A DNA stretch of 63,874 nucleotides, filler included, from Octopus bimaculoides (taxonomy: Eukaryota): the NCBI RefSeq assembly GCF_001194135.2. It is 6 parts of 5 records of this genome, joined end to end, with 100 filler letters (N's around TTAATTAATTAA, not from the genome) between each part and the next. Parts side by side here need not be neighbours in the genome. Positions count along the whole stretch, not along the records: positions 1 to 19,377 come from NC_068982.1; 5 more parts are not named here. One strand, written 5' to 3'. The translations under genes and the position numbers were made by a program. The first letter of the stretch is position 1. Every line of letters begins with the position of its first letter. This document shows positions 1-12,189 of this stretch, in pieces. The notes beneath the pieces are model-generated. The model did no database searches. It saw only the letters and a program-made list of their open reading frames with translations, and had not been told where the DNA came from.

Positions 1-149
1 TCAATCTCTCATCAACTTTTTCAAGTACCACTTGAAAAGGAAGGTGAGAGTAGAGAGGCACGTATAAATGACGAAGCCACCTTCACCATGATTCTATAAA
101 ACGCTTAAAATTTTGTAAACAGAGAGTTGCTTACGTTTCTTGCATAAAT

Positions 150-435
150 AAAAGAAATTTTATTTAACAAATTGTGACACTAAGGACCGAGGTTACCGTG
201 GTCTTTTCGTCGGTTTTTCTTTCCACGAATAACCTCCCCATTTATTGGGAATTTTGCTGTATTATTTCGTATTTTTTGTAAATACCCCAAACGTTTTGCG
301 ATGTTTTTTTTTTTCATCGATGTCTCCACTTTTGTTTTTTTTTTCTGCTTTGTTTTCGCCCCCTCGAAAAGAAAAACTCTACATTTGTATTTTGTCCCCT
401 CTATGTTGAGCCCTGTGTGGCTAATAAAGAAACAT
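150..435 (+). mobile_element. Probable 3' end of a LINE (Tx1/L1-like 3' UTR)
   Basis: Ends in ...gagccctgtgtggctAATAAAgaaa immediately followed by a (TA)/(TCTA)n tract, as expected for a polyadenylated LINE tail. Family assignment is from recollection only. Confidence 0.35.
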
Positions 436-530
436 ATATATCTATCTATCTATCTATCTATCTCTGTGTCTGTCTGTCTGGCTGTCTGTCTGTCTCTATC
501 TATCCATCTATCTATATCTATCTATCTATT
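436..530. repeat. (TCTA)n/(TCTG)n microsatellite
   Basis: Seen directly. Confidence 0.95.
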
Positions 531-1023
531 TGATTAGCTATCAATTTCTCTATTTCCTTTTATACTCACACACACATACACACACTCACACATACATGGA
601 CGATATTTTTGTTATGAATTGTTCTTCTTTAATATGGCATTATCGTATCAGCATAAGAAGACCTCATATTACGTTTAGGGCATTAAAGTTCCCAAGTTTG
701 TCGTTATCAATGTTTCTGGGCCATCTCTGCTTCATATACAGGATGTGGAATCATTTTATCTTCTGAACTACATTTTGTACAATCGACATGTGGGTCACTA
801 ATCTTTCTTTTGGAACAATTTTAGCAAAATGTTGGCTGAGAATACTCATGCCCATATGCAGCCTGCTTGTTCATAGCAAACCACGTTAAATAAATTTGAA
901 TAGCTCCAAATCTGTCCCGATCAGGCAGGTTCAATGACACATGGATTACATTTATAATTACCCAATTATTGTTAACCAGCACAAAATACGCTAATCAATG
1001 CGATCTGTTTCTTACAAATGCAA

Positions 1024-1153
1024 TTGATGTTAATAGAGATAGATATGCCACTATTTCTAACATATCCAACAACCACATAGAGTCTCTGTTGATGGCCCAT
1101 ACTACATAGACTAGATATTATATATGTTTCTCTAAAACCGAAAGTATTTACAG
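1024..1153 (+). repeat. 130-bp direct repeat, copy 1
   Basis: ttgatgttaatagagatag...gaaagtatttacag matches 4411-4540 with 2 substitutions. Confidence 0.95.
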
Positions 1154-1439
1154 TTGCTGCTCGTATGTTTAAGGTCGCTGTTGCTAAACTATGATACATT
1201 ATTAAAATTCAGACACGTTTATCTGTAGCAACGCTATGTTGAAACTTTCGCTCAGTATTTCACAACCGGATTATCCATACTTCAAATACATATATTACAT
1301 TGTGTTGACACGAAATGCATTGCAAATCAGTAGAAAACTTTCGGGTAGATTTTAATGTTTTCTTCAGCAATGGTTTCCTTTATTACCATTTCTTATGTCC
1401 ATGGCAACATTATCTTTTCAATTTCAATAAATGTCACTT

Positions 1440-2140
1440 ATTTCAGTCTCTCTTTCGTTGTTTTATTGTGTTTGTAATCGATTTGTAAACTTTGTTCTTC
1501 ATCATCTGATAGATATTTATCTATACCTAACGATGACATTTTTCGCAAAGTTATACTCTCTGGAGTAGACGTCTGGTATTTTGACAGAAAATCATTTAGC
1601 TTTATGTCATTGCTCTGCAGAGAAAATCTGGAGACAGTTTAGTATGTTAATCTTTTCCTTGATTAGTTTGAATTTGGATTTCTGAAGATGGAGATAAGGC
1701 AAAGTTGATGTGGAATATTTTTTTCTTATCTAAGTTATCACAAAACATAATTTAGAAAAGTCAAACTCAGAAATCTGGGGATATTCATTATCAACAACAA
1801 TCAGTTTATAAGATGGTTCAGAGAGGAGTTCCATAAATTTAATTGCTGTAGAAATTGAGTAACATAATGTTTCGGTTTTGTGCTCTCCGATGGGAAGTGA
1901 GGAAGATAAAGGGCTGTTATTGTTTTGCTTGTAAACCTGTAAAAGAATTTTTGTTTGGTACTTCCTGAGACTTGAGGAAAAGACAGATCCTTTGACCTTG
2001 GAAGCCCCATCCAGACTGGTAAGAATAATGCCTTTAAAGTTCAGTTTAAACAGCTTCTGGTCAACATCTGCAGGAAAGGCGTGATCAGGGAGAGAAGATT
2101 CTATACGATCAATGGGTGTCTTGTGGAACTCGGCCGTTTG
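1440..2140 (-). pseudogene. Unidentified decayed coding sequence (possibly a TE ORF)
   Basis: ATG-less stop-free frame 2140-1730 (136 codons, QTAEFHKTPIDRIESSLPDHAFPADVDQKLF...). The same frame continues 41 codons past the TAG, then a shifted 66-codon frame runs to about 1440. No motif recognised. Confidence 0.25.
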
Positions 2141-2734
2141 TCACAACAAGGTTCACATGAGTGGAGAGATGAATGGGTTATGGGTGTATGAGTGATGTAT
2201 TACACGCAGAGTTCGAGGTAATGACGGAATATATACATATATCGACATCTTAGAAATGCCAGTCCAAATTTCCATCAAGTAACATCCTAACGGCTTAGAA
2301 AAGGAAACGAAATCTTATATTCATTGAATATATGTCTAGTTGTTCTTTTGAATGCGTTCTTGTTTCTCATATGTCAGAATAAGCTATTACGCACCGCCAC
2401 TCAATGCGCAGTGAGTACACATTTATGCACATAAACGGTAATGTATATCGAGTCGCAAGATAATATAATTTAGAAATAGCTACTCGTTTCTGAAGCTCTT
2501 ACTATCGTTTAACAAACTGCATTATGAGACGTATTGAGCACTTTTGCGATGTTTTTAAACATATACAACACATTACATATGATAATGCCCAATCATGTTA
2601 TATTTTTGTGCCAAGAAAATATAATTATCAGTGAATTCTTCACAAATCGATGCATAGCAATCCTCATAAGATGCGTGTGAAGCATATGATTTACAGATTC
2701 ACAAATATCGACATGTAGCGTTGGTCATAACTTC

Positions 2735-2880
2735 TTTCGTTTACTTCACTCATTGCATTGCGGCACCGCCTTGAAGGATTTAGTCAAACAAATTGTCCCT
2801 AGTACTTGGTTTTCAAGTCTAGTCCTTATTCTATAGGCCTCTTGGCCGAACCTCAAGGTACGGATAAATAAACGAACCCG
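2735..2880 (-). mobile_element. SINE family B, degraded 3' part
   Basis: Reverse complement of the ...gaataag...ggcggtgc...cagcatggcc tail seen in full copies (e.g. 53771-54214). Confidence 0.6.
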
Positions 2881-4114
2881 AAACAACGAGTTTGCAGAGA
2901 GAGCTTCTTAATCACACTGTCACGTCTTGGTCGATACAGGCATAAAATCAAAATATATATGTATTTCAGTATGCATGGGAGAGTCTGTTTGTGGCGTAGT
3001 AGGTTGGTGATACAGGCTCGGATTAAACTAGACTGAACAATTCCATGATCAAATACACTCAGTGATTGATATCAGTTTTTTTTTTATATACTTAGTAATA
3101 CATCTCCTGAACTGTACTTCCTTTCTTAAGACGTTAGATTTAGACGTTGGATTTGTGCAACTCGAGCTGCCCTTTAGACCCTTATATATTTCATATGCAT
3201 TCATCTATTTCTCGTTTTATATATACATACTGTGTATACACACACAAACACACACACATACTCTCACATACACACAAACAAATGTATACACACACGTACT
3301 CACATATATATAAAACATGAAGTCGTTACACGTAAGTGAATGTGAACTGATACATTTCATTGTTTTAGTTGCCCATATATTTGCGATGGGACGTAGAGAC
3401 TCATTCAGCCCTAACACCATTCTGCCAGTGGAACATCAAGGATGGAATAAATAGATAGGAGGAAAGAGTAATCTGCACTTTCACTGTTTATTTAATTGAA
3501 ATGATGCGCTGCGCTCAAGTGCACAATATGCCGGTATGTCAGGGAAATTAACCCATGACTTTATGACCATTAGTCTAACACTCAAGACAATAAGACATGT
3601 ACACCATCATATTTTATGTATATATGTATACACATTCACATCAGCTGTATGGCGTAGTGCCAAAATTTATGCTTCTAGCTGATATATTCTGGACACTTGC
3701 CAGTATGGAACTGCTGGTACTTAACTTCTAATCTAAATTTTATTAAAATTTTCAAACAATACAGAACCATTAGACAATAGAGTTCTAGATATATTGTTTG
3801 GAAATTAAATTTGGTACCTGTAGCATGAATTTTCTCTCTATCTTTCATGTATAAAGTATAAATATAACTGGTGAGGCAGTTCTGTTGCACAAGTATGTCC
3901 AATCATCTGCTTATGTTTGCACAGGCTAGAGAATGTTGCTTTTTTTGTTTCTTTTTACGTAGAAGAATGATGGTTTTTCATGTATGAACATCTCTTCTTT
4001 CCATGGTAACAATTTGGCCACGAGTTCGTTTCAAGCATTGCGGTTACAAGGCTTAGAGCCGGACCATTTACTGCAAGGCATCTTAATCGGCCATCTAATA
4101 TTTTCGTCAATGAA

Positions 4115-4327
4115 GGTGGTGCGCTGTCAGAAACGTTAGCACGTCGGGCGAAATGCTTAGCGGTATTTCGTCTGTCTTTACGTTGTGAGTTCAAATTCCG
4201 CCGAGGGTGACTTTGCCTTTCATCCTTTCGGGGTCGATAGATTAATTAACAATTGCATACTGGGGCCGATCTAATCGACTAGCCCTCTCCCAAAAAATTT
4301 TGGGCCTTGTACCTAGAATAGAAAGGA
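4115..4327 (+). mobile_element. tRNA-derived SINE family A (about 215 bp)
   Basis: Head ggtggtgcgctgtcagaaacgttagc, B-box-like gagttcaaattcc, body gactttgcctttcatcctttcggggtcgata. Recurs more than 10 times in the window. Confidence 0.85.
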
Positions 4328-4410
4328 ATGTTTTCATCAATCCACTGCCCTTGATTCCTGCCTTTCATCAACGCAAAAAGGCGGAAAGCCAAAGCTAACC
4401 TCGGCAAGAT

Positions 4411-4540
4411 TTGATGTTAATAGAGATAGATATGTCACTATTTCTAACATATCCAACAACCACATAGAGTCTCTGTTGATGTCCCATACTACATAGACTA
4501 GATATTATATATGTTTCTCTAAAACCGAAAGTATTTACAG
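4411..4540 (+). repeat. 130-bp direct repeat, copy 2
   Basis: 128/130 identical to 1024-1153. Joined directly to a SINE-A fragment. Confidence 0.95.
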
Positions 4541-4729
4541 CAGAAATAACGACGACGCAGATAACGAGAACAACAACAATTACTACTACCAACACGATTA
4601 CTAATTCTACTACTGCTTCTGCTACTACTAATACTTCAACCATTGCTGCTGCTACGACTAGTACTACTAAAACTAATAACAATAATAATAATGTTAATAA
4701 TAATAATAATAATAATAATGATGATGATG

Positions 4730-5790
4730 ACCTGAAACTTTATGGTATAGATGAGTCCCAAGTCAGTTCCCTCGTTGATACGGTGTATACTTTCAGTGCT
4801 GATATCAGAATGGAGTTTGGATTGAAAAAGTGTGATGTGTTAGTCTTGGAGAGGCAAAATCAAATGTATGGTCGGGCTAGCGATACCGTCGGGGGAGGTT
4901 ATGAAGCACATGGACGAGACGGGCTATGAGTACTTGAGGATATTGGAAAAGTATAAATTGATGGAAAAAGAAATGACAGAAACATTTAAGGTGGAGTACT
5001 TGCGCAAACTCAGACTGAGCCTTAAGTGAAAACTGTGGTAATTGACTAGATATGGGATACTCCACCCAAAAAGTGACAGAGAGACTGTATGTACTAAGAA
5101 AAGAGGGGGAAGAGGACTGATTGAATGCGAGCACAACATTAGAGCAGAAGAAAGCAACATAGCATGGTATGTAAAAAATGTCGCAGGACCACTATTATTG
5201 GAGATAATAATGTCAGGCTTGTGTAGGGTGACAGATTCCAAAGATAAAGCCCTGTAAAAGCACTTTAGATGGAATGAAACTGAAAATAGGTGGATAAAGA
5301 AAATAATGCATGAACAATTTCATTGGTATGTTGAAGAAAAGACAGACAGAAAAAAGATGGCCATGGATGAGTAGAAGAGATTTTAAACGAGAAACGGAAG
5401 CTCTAATCTGTGCTGCCAAAGAGCAAGCATTAAGAACGATTTACATCAAATACAGAATAGACAACACATCAGAAAGTGATAAGTGCAGAATTTGTGGACA
5501 AAATGGTGAAACCGAATGGCATATTACCAGTCAATGCACTCCACTAGCCCAGAAAGAATATAACAGACGTCATGACAATATAGCAACGATTGTCCATTGG
5601 AAACTTTGCAATAATATGGATTTGACAGATCAAAAATGTGGTACGAACATAAATACGAAGGCATCATCGAAAATGATAATGCAAAGATCCTATCGGATTT
5701 TATGATTCAGTGCGACCATGAGATAGAGATAGGAATCCAGACGTAGTATTAATTGAGAAAGAAAGCAAAAGATGCTCGATCATAGATATA
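4730..5790 (+). mobile_element. 5'-truncated, degraded R4/Dong-like non-LTR retrotransposon (RT end, CCHC knuckle, RLE start)
   Basis: Translated pieces MEFGLKKC, LHPKSD...GGRGL, EALICAAKEQALRT, CRICGQNGETEWHITSQC..LAQKEY..RHD..VHWKLC and PDVVLIEK...IIDIVCP. Contains stops and frameshifts, and is preceded by (TAA)n. Confidence 0.85.
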
Positions 5791-5989
5791 GTTTGCCCAC
5801 TAAACTTTATTGATCGGATCAGATGGAATACTTGTCGTCGTAACCGACTTTACTCATTGTCGCTACATATTAACTGTTGATACTTTCATTGAGTTTGGTG
5901 GTCGATGAAAAAGCGTTAAGTGCTCTCTCAAAGAAACAAAAAAATTATAATTTGGTTGAGTCGGCAATTTCCAGGAAGGGAGTAAGTGG

Positions 5990-6148
5990 ATTACTTCGAC
6001 GCAAGTGTTCAACTCTTACTTATTTTATCGACCCTGAAAGGATGAAAAGCAAATCAACCGCGGCTGTATTTGAACTCAGAACGTAAAGACGGACGAAATG
6101 CTGTAAGGCATTTCGTCCGTCTTTACATTCTTGGCTCAAATTCCGCGG
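5990..6148 (-). mobile_element. SINE family A whose head is replaced by an inverted copy of its own body (fold-back)
   Basis: gtaaagacggacgaaatgc-tgtaag-gcatttcgtccgtctttac forms a perfect 19-bp stem, extendable to ccgcgg...ccgcgg. Confidence 0.75.
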
Positions 6149-6334
6149 TAGGAGCAGACAATAAAAAAGTAAACAGAAAACATCTACAAATCAACTTCAC
6201 TTGGCAATGCAAGGAGTCCTCTCAATGCCCATGTGACATGAAAAGAATATATCACCATGGATAACGAGAAGTAAACAGCTAGTACATTAATAACACGTCC
6301 AACAACAAGTTGAGCATGTCAGGTGTAGTAATAA

Positions 6335-6840
6335 TAATGCAATACCATGTAGCGATTCTCATGGCTCCTGATCTTAACTGATTGGAAGTGTTATCATGTA
6401 CATTTTGTCTTGGCATCAAAGATGAGCTACAGCAAATATTCTGCTCAATACAACGGACTTGCTAGTCAGTTGTTTGACCTTCACTTGTTGAACGTGTCCC
6501 TTAGTAGCTGACAATATGTGCATGATTAGTAGCTATATGTTGAGGGGGATTTGGTGGAGGGTTGAATAATTCACCTTTAGAAACATGGATGTTTCGTTCA
6601 ACATCCTTAAACGACGTTTATTCAAGGACCTTTTGAGCTGCATGAACTACTCGACCTGAATACAATTTTAACTGGGCCCCAGCTGCAAGTTCATTCGCTG
6701 TTTATCTTGATATGAGATCACCATTTTGCACACATATGATTCTGATGCATGCGCCTGGTGTACCTTTATCAAACAGGCGGTCATGATGAGTGTATTGGGC
6801 TTCGTATATCTGTAGCCGTGTCACTTTTATGACATGCATT

Positions 6841-6842
<2 letters not shown>
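6335..6842. mobile_element. Unclassified ~500-bp interspersed repeat, copy 1
   Basis: Colinear with 10868-11412 (e.g. ctgatcttaactgattg, gctacagcaaata, ggtgtacctttatca). Confidence 0.7.

Positions 6843-6900
<58 letters not shown>
6843..6900. repeat. (CT)n microsatellite
   Basis: Seen directly. Confidence 0.97.
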
Positions 6901-9825
6901 TCAATAATAACAAAAAATAATTTAGCAAAATGTGTAATAGATTAAATGTTTAGTGACCTAGTACATGTGGTTCCTCTGAAATATATAGTTTCAAAATACG
7001 TTGACCTGTTTAAAAATTGTGAAGTAACAGATTTTTTTTTCAAGTAGTTCAGGAACTGCAGTGATCAAACTTCGCTATGCTTATTCATCAGCTCATGCGG
7101 GGAGAGTGCGTTCCAAGATATGCAAAGCAAGATATGAGAGACGGATGTGTCTCATATGTGAGTAGTTGATATAAACACACGGTGATGTGGCTTAGGGAGT
7201 AATCGAGAACACACAGTGATCAAAGAAATATAAATAAGAAATTTACATAACATCCCTTAAATAAGAATATTTTACATTCCTTCTTAGCGGTTGTTTGCGG
7301 ATATCACCAAGTAGAGAATTGGGGGCGGGAAGGCGCGCATTTATCATTTCAAAGAAAAAAGAATGAATGCCATGGTACAACATTCAAGGAAAATGGGAAG
7401 ATGCGTGAATTCATCTCCTTGATATGGCTACCATAACACACATGTAGGGAACATGAGTCACTTCTTGATATAAAAAGTAAACAAAATCAGCAAAACCATC
7501 AAAATTGTTGAATAATTTACTTTACACATGCTCAGAAATATCTCAAATTACAATTTCACAACACATTGTTTCTGTACTTAGAAGAGTTGCTGATCGCGTC
7601 GTAACGAAAGGAATGTTACCACAAATGTTAATAGTTAAACGTTAATTGAGCAAAATTTATTTCGTAATGTATGTAACGTAATTATTTACGGAAGAATCTC
7701 GGTGTTTATTTACGTTTGCATGATTCTGTATATGAAGAAGTTCAGGTTCTGAGGGATTCGGTGTTTCGCTCTAAGGCAGCGCGAGAATAAAGACAAATTG
7801 GGGAAAAAAGTAAAAACAGAACTCAAAATCAATACAAAGACCAAATGTATTATAGTTGTTAAAGAAATATAAAAAATATCGGACGTTTTGAATAAATTAT
7901 CTTTAGTCAAGATATAAACAGAAAAGCGCGCGCGTATATGCGTGTGTATGTGTGTGTGTTTTATCTACGCATTATGGTAAATAATATCGGTAAAGCAATG
8001 TTCTAGAATACATGGTTTCTGGCAAGGAGATTGTATTGAACAGTGAGTTAATGTAGGCGATTTGCTGCAAGAGTTAGGTATCTGAACGGTGAGGTACAAT
8101 ACGAAAGTGAAAAAATATTGCAACGATGGTGATTCTAGACAATATTAACATATTAGCGAACATGTAGAGCTGCACACATGAACGTTTCATATCTAAAAGA
8201 GCTACGATACACAAATATATTACATGACAAATATACAATACAACAGACCTCTACGACTAAAAACAACACAAATTCAAAACACTCAACAAATTTTTTTAAG
8301 ATGAAGGAAGCCAACGGTATAATGAACAATTAATAGGAGAAACTAATTACAAAATACTCAAAATAGGTCATTCGAGAGTCAGCAACAACCATAACAATAG
8401 CGATAGCATTTCACGATTCCAAATACTGTGGTCTGTTCATTTAGCAGCTGTGTCAGTTCTCTCTTGTGAGATCCATTAGAGTTACGAGAATAATTTAACT
8501 GGGTGAATTTTGTAAAATTGATCAGAGTTTCTTTGCTTCATAAGCTAATCAGGAAGAAGACAAAAATAAAAATCGCATACATCTACTTATCGGAAGCCGA
8601 TATAATTTCCCTTGTTATGCACTACAAAAAGCTCTCAGTGACATATCTGCAGTTATTTTTCTTCAATTGATAAAGGCAAAAGCAAGGCATTATCTGCTGT
8701 GCCTTTGCAAGTGAAGATGTATCCATAAGAGAGACTGAAACTAGTTGATAGACATACATTTGTCCCACTGGACACGGGTAAAAAAATATAAGAGAAGGAG
8801 TGGACACAGTGTAGAAACAGTGTTAGCTAGGCATTTTATGTATCAGTGTGGAAGAGTGGACAAAGCAGGCATAAATTAAAATGACACGCGTCCAGGCAAC
8901 ATCTCTATAGATTTGCAAGTTCTAAATACCTCGAATATCACAGAGCCATACAGGAACTATGCCAAGTAGAAGACGCCGAGACAAAGACATAGGATTGAAG
9001 ACAGGGCTGAAAGCCTTATAGTGATATTTTCAGGACTACCCCCCCCCCCTTAATGTGGAACAATTAAGATAAATCCAGCAAAAATACAGAACACAACAAT
9101 AATAATGAAAATAACGAGAATAAAAATACAAAAAACAAACAAACCCTGAGTGCTAAGAAGCAAAGCTTTTTGGACAGCAAAGGAAATAACTTCAGGACCA
9201 GTATCACAAATGGGTAAGCAAATACGTCATCCCCGAAAAAGTACCCATTCGTTGTACGATACATACATAGTTCGATGAGGTAGAAAGAATACTTATAGAG
9301 GAATGTTTCTAAATACTCGCCGAAAATGCGAAGAAAAAAAAGAAAAGATAATTACAAAGAAAATTCAGCGCACAACAAGGAAAGTTGGTGAGAAAGAGAA
9401 ATTCCCTCCGAACTACGAGATTACTTCTCATGAAGTGAAGAGAAGGTAGATGAGCTATGATTCACTGTTTTTCGAAAATGAAGCAAAGCGTTAATAAGTA
9501 AAACTGCACAATTCTAATGTCACTAAATTTCAAAAGTTAGAATGAAAGAAAAACAATTAAGTTCAGTGAATAATAAACATGCAAGACTTATTTAACTTTA
9601 AAATTAAGATATGAATTGATTACTCTATTAGAAAAGGTCATGTGAAGGGGACAGGGAGACAGGGAGTGCTCTGTTTTAACCTTAGCAGATAAAGATTCAT
9701 GTAATATGTCTCTAAATTATATCTTCTTTTAATTAGTCGGTATCTAATTGTACTTAATTTCCATGGAAATGTGTGTATAATATGCATGTGTGTGTTTGTC
9801 TGAGAACATCTATACATATATTATT

Positions 9826-10224
9826 TTATTCTTTTACTTGTTTCAGTCATTTGTCTGTGGTCATGCTGGAGCACCACCTTTAGTCGAGAAAATCGACCCC
9901 AGGACTTAATCTTTCTAAGCCTAGTACTTATTCTATCGGTCTCTTTTACCGAACTGCTAGCTTACGGGGATGTAAATACAACAGCATCGGTTGTCAAGGG
10001 ATGTTAGTGGTGGATAAACACAGATACACATATACCTCCCACACACACACACATGTATATATGACGGGCTTCTTTCAGTTTCCGTCTACCAAATTCACTC
10101 AAGAGGCTTTGGTCGGCCAGAGGTTACGATAGAAGACACTTGACCAAGGTGCCACGCAGTGGGACTGAACCTGGAACCATGTCGATGGTAAGCAAGCTGC
10201 TTAACCACACAGCCACTCCTGCGC
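9826..10224 (-). mobile_element. Composite tRNA-derived SINE family B, full length
   Basis: tRNA-like head (A box tggctgtgtgg, B-box-like ggttcagtcc), CORE-like gcaccttggtcaagtgtctt, internal (CA/TA)n and conserved 3' module. Colinear with 53771-54214. Confidence 0.85.
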
Positions 10225-10649
10225 CTATATACAAATTTCTTGTATTCTTATTCACTTCGTTACAAATACGTAGCAAATGAAGAATATATAATACTAATAA
10301 TAACAGCAATAACAGCAGCAGAAACAACAGTAAGGATTGTAATATTTTCTTTATTAGCCATTAAATGTTCACAAATAGAATGGCTGATTTATAGAGCGAT
10401 CAAATAAGGAAGTATAAAATGTAGTCCAACGGTCACCATAAATTTCAACGATGAATAATTGCCCAAAGCAGGCGACTTCCGATCGTTATTAGTGGAAAAA
10501 GTCCGTTCACTTGGACTCTTCTTTCAGAAGCTATTCACCGTAGTTTCTGATGATGCTGAGGATGATGATAATGATGATGATAATCCTTTGTACGCAGAAG
10601 GCTTCAAATTTGGGGAATGGGGTAAGCCGATTACACAGAATCCAGTGTT

Positions 10650-10786
10650 TAACTGGTATTTATTTATCGACCCCGAAAAGATGAAAGGCAAAGTCAGCCT
10701 CGGCGGAATTTGAACCCAGAACATAAAGATGGACGAAATACCGCTAAGCATATTGCCCGGTGTGCTAATGATTCTGCCAGCTCGCC

Positions 10787-10787
<1 letters not shown>
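10650..10787 (-). mobile_element. SINE family A
   Basis: atcgaccccgaaaagatgaaaggcaaagtc...ctgccagctcgcctt, abutting (TTA)n/(TAA)n. Confidence 0.85.
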
Positions 10788-10821
<34 letters not shown>

Positions 10822-10867
10822 AATAATAATGATAATAATAATGATAATAATAATAATGATGATGATA

Positions 10868-11412
10868 CGCCCTAATGCAGTACCAGGTACTGGATCTCAT
10901 GGCTTCTGATCTTAACTGATTGAAAGTGTTATCACGTACATGTTTGTCTTGTTGTAAAAGATGGGCTACAGCAAATACTCTGCTTAATACCACAGATTTG
11001 CTTATCAGTTGTTTGACCTTAACCAGTTGAGCATGTTCCTTAGTGGCTAACGTTATCTGCATTTCTGATCACGAAAAGAAATAGTGGCAGACCATAATAG
11101 TCATGTGTTGAGGGGAATTCTTTGGGGGTTTCAATAATCCACCACTAGAAACCTGAGTGTGTTGTTCATGGTGCTTAAACAAACTTTATTCAGGGACCTT
11201 TTGAGAAGGATGGGCGACTGAACCTAAAGAAAATTCTAACTGCTCCCCACCTGCAAAGTAATGCACTGTTTTTCCTGATAAGGGGTCACTATGGCTTTAC
11301 ATATGGTTGTGATGCTTCTGCCTGGTGTACCTTTATCAGACAGATAGTCATTTTGTGTATATTGAGCTTTGTGTATTTTACCTCAGTATCACTTTGACGT
11401 CATGCGCTGCTC
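10868..11412. mobile_element. Unclassified ~500-bp interspersed repeat, copy 2
   Basis: Colinear with 6335-6842. Flanked by (TAA/TGA)n on both sides. Confidence 0.7.
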
Positions 11413-11420
11413 TCTTACTC

Positions 11421-11479
<59 letters not shown>

Positions 11480-11493
11480 TAATAATAATAATA

Positions 11494-11519
<26 letters not shown>

Positions 11520-11524
<5 letters not shown>

Positions 11525-11730
11525 TTTGCCACAAAGGCAGCAATTTTGGAGGAGGGAACTAGTCAATTACATCGACCACAGTGTTCAACTGGTACTTATT
11601 TTATCGACCCCGACAGGATGGAAGGTAAAGTCGACCTCGGCGGAATTTGAACTCAGAACGTAGCGGCAGACGAAATAACCGTTGAGCATTTCGCCCAGCA
11701 TGCTAAGGATTCTGCCACCTCGCCACCTTA
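11520..11730 (-). mobile_element. SINE family A, full length
   Basis: Reverse complement of the family A pattern. Its tail runs into (AAT)n. Confidence 0.85.
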
Positions 11731-12189
11731 GACGATGTTATTGATAGTAGTAGTAATAACAACAGCAACAACAACAACAATAATGATAATAGTAGTAATA
11801 ATAATAATAATCCTTTCTACTATAGGCACAAGGGGACTAGTCGATTACATCGATCCCTGTTCCCAATAGATACTCATTTCATCGACCATCTCAGCTTCTT
11901 CAATCACACATTTGCTTTTAGGATGGCCACCAGTCATAGAAATATCGTTTACCCAACCAGTTTAAAGAACAGCAATGGGTTACTCTCCCTGGTAGTCGGA
12001 TAAATAGCCTATACGAGACAACAGCTGTTCGCTACAACTTCAGAAGTGAAAAATACAGTTATGTTCTTCTTTGCACAACTGGGACAGCCCCCACATAGCA
12101 ATCCTTCCATGTTCGCAGGGTGTATCTTGAATGAATATAGATATCAATGTCAATGTAAGGATTCCAAGACGCATCTACAGTAGTTTTCC

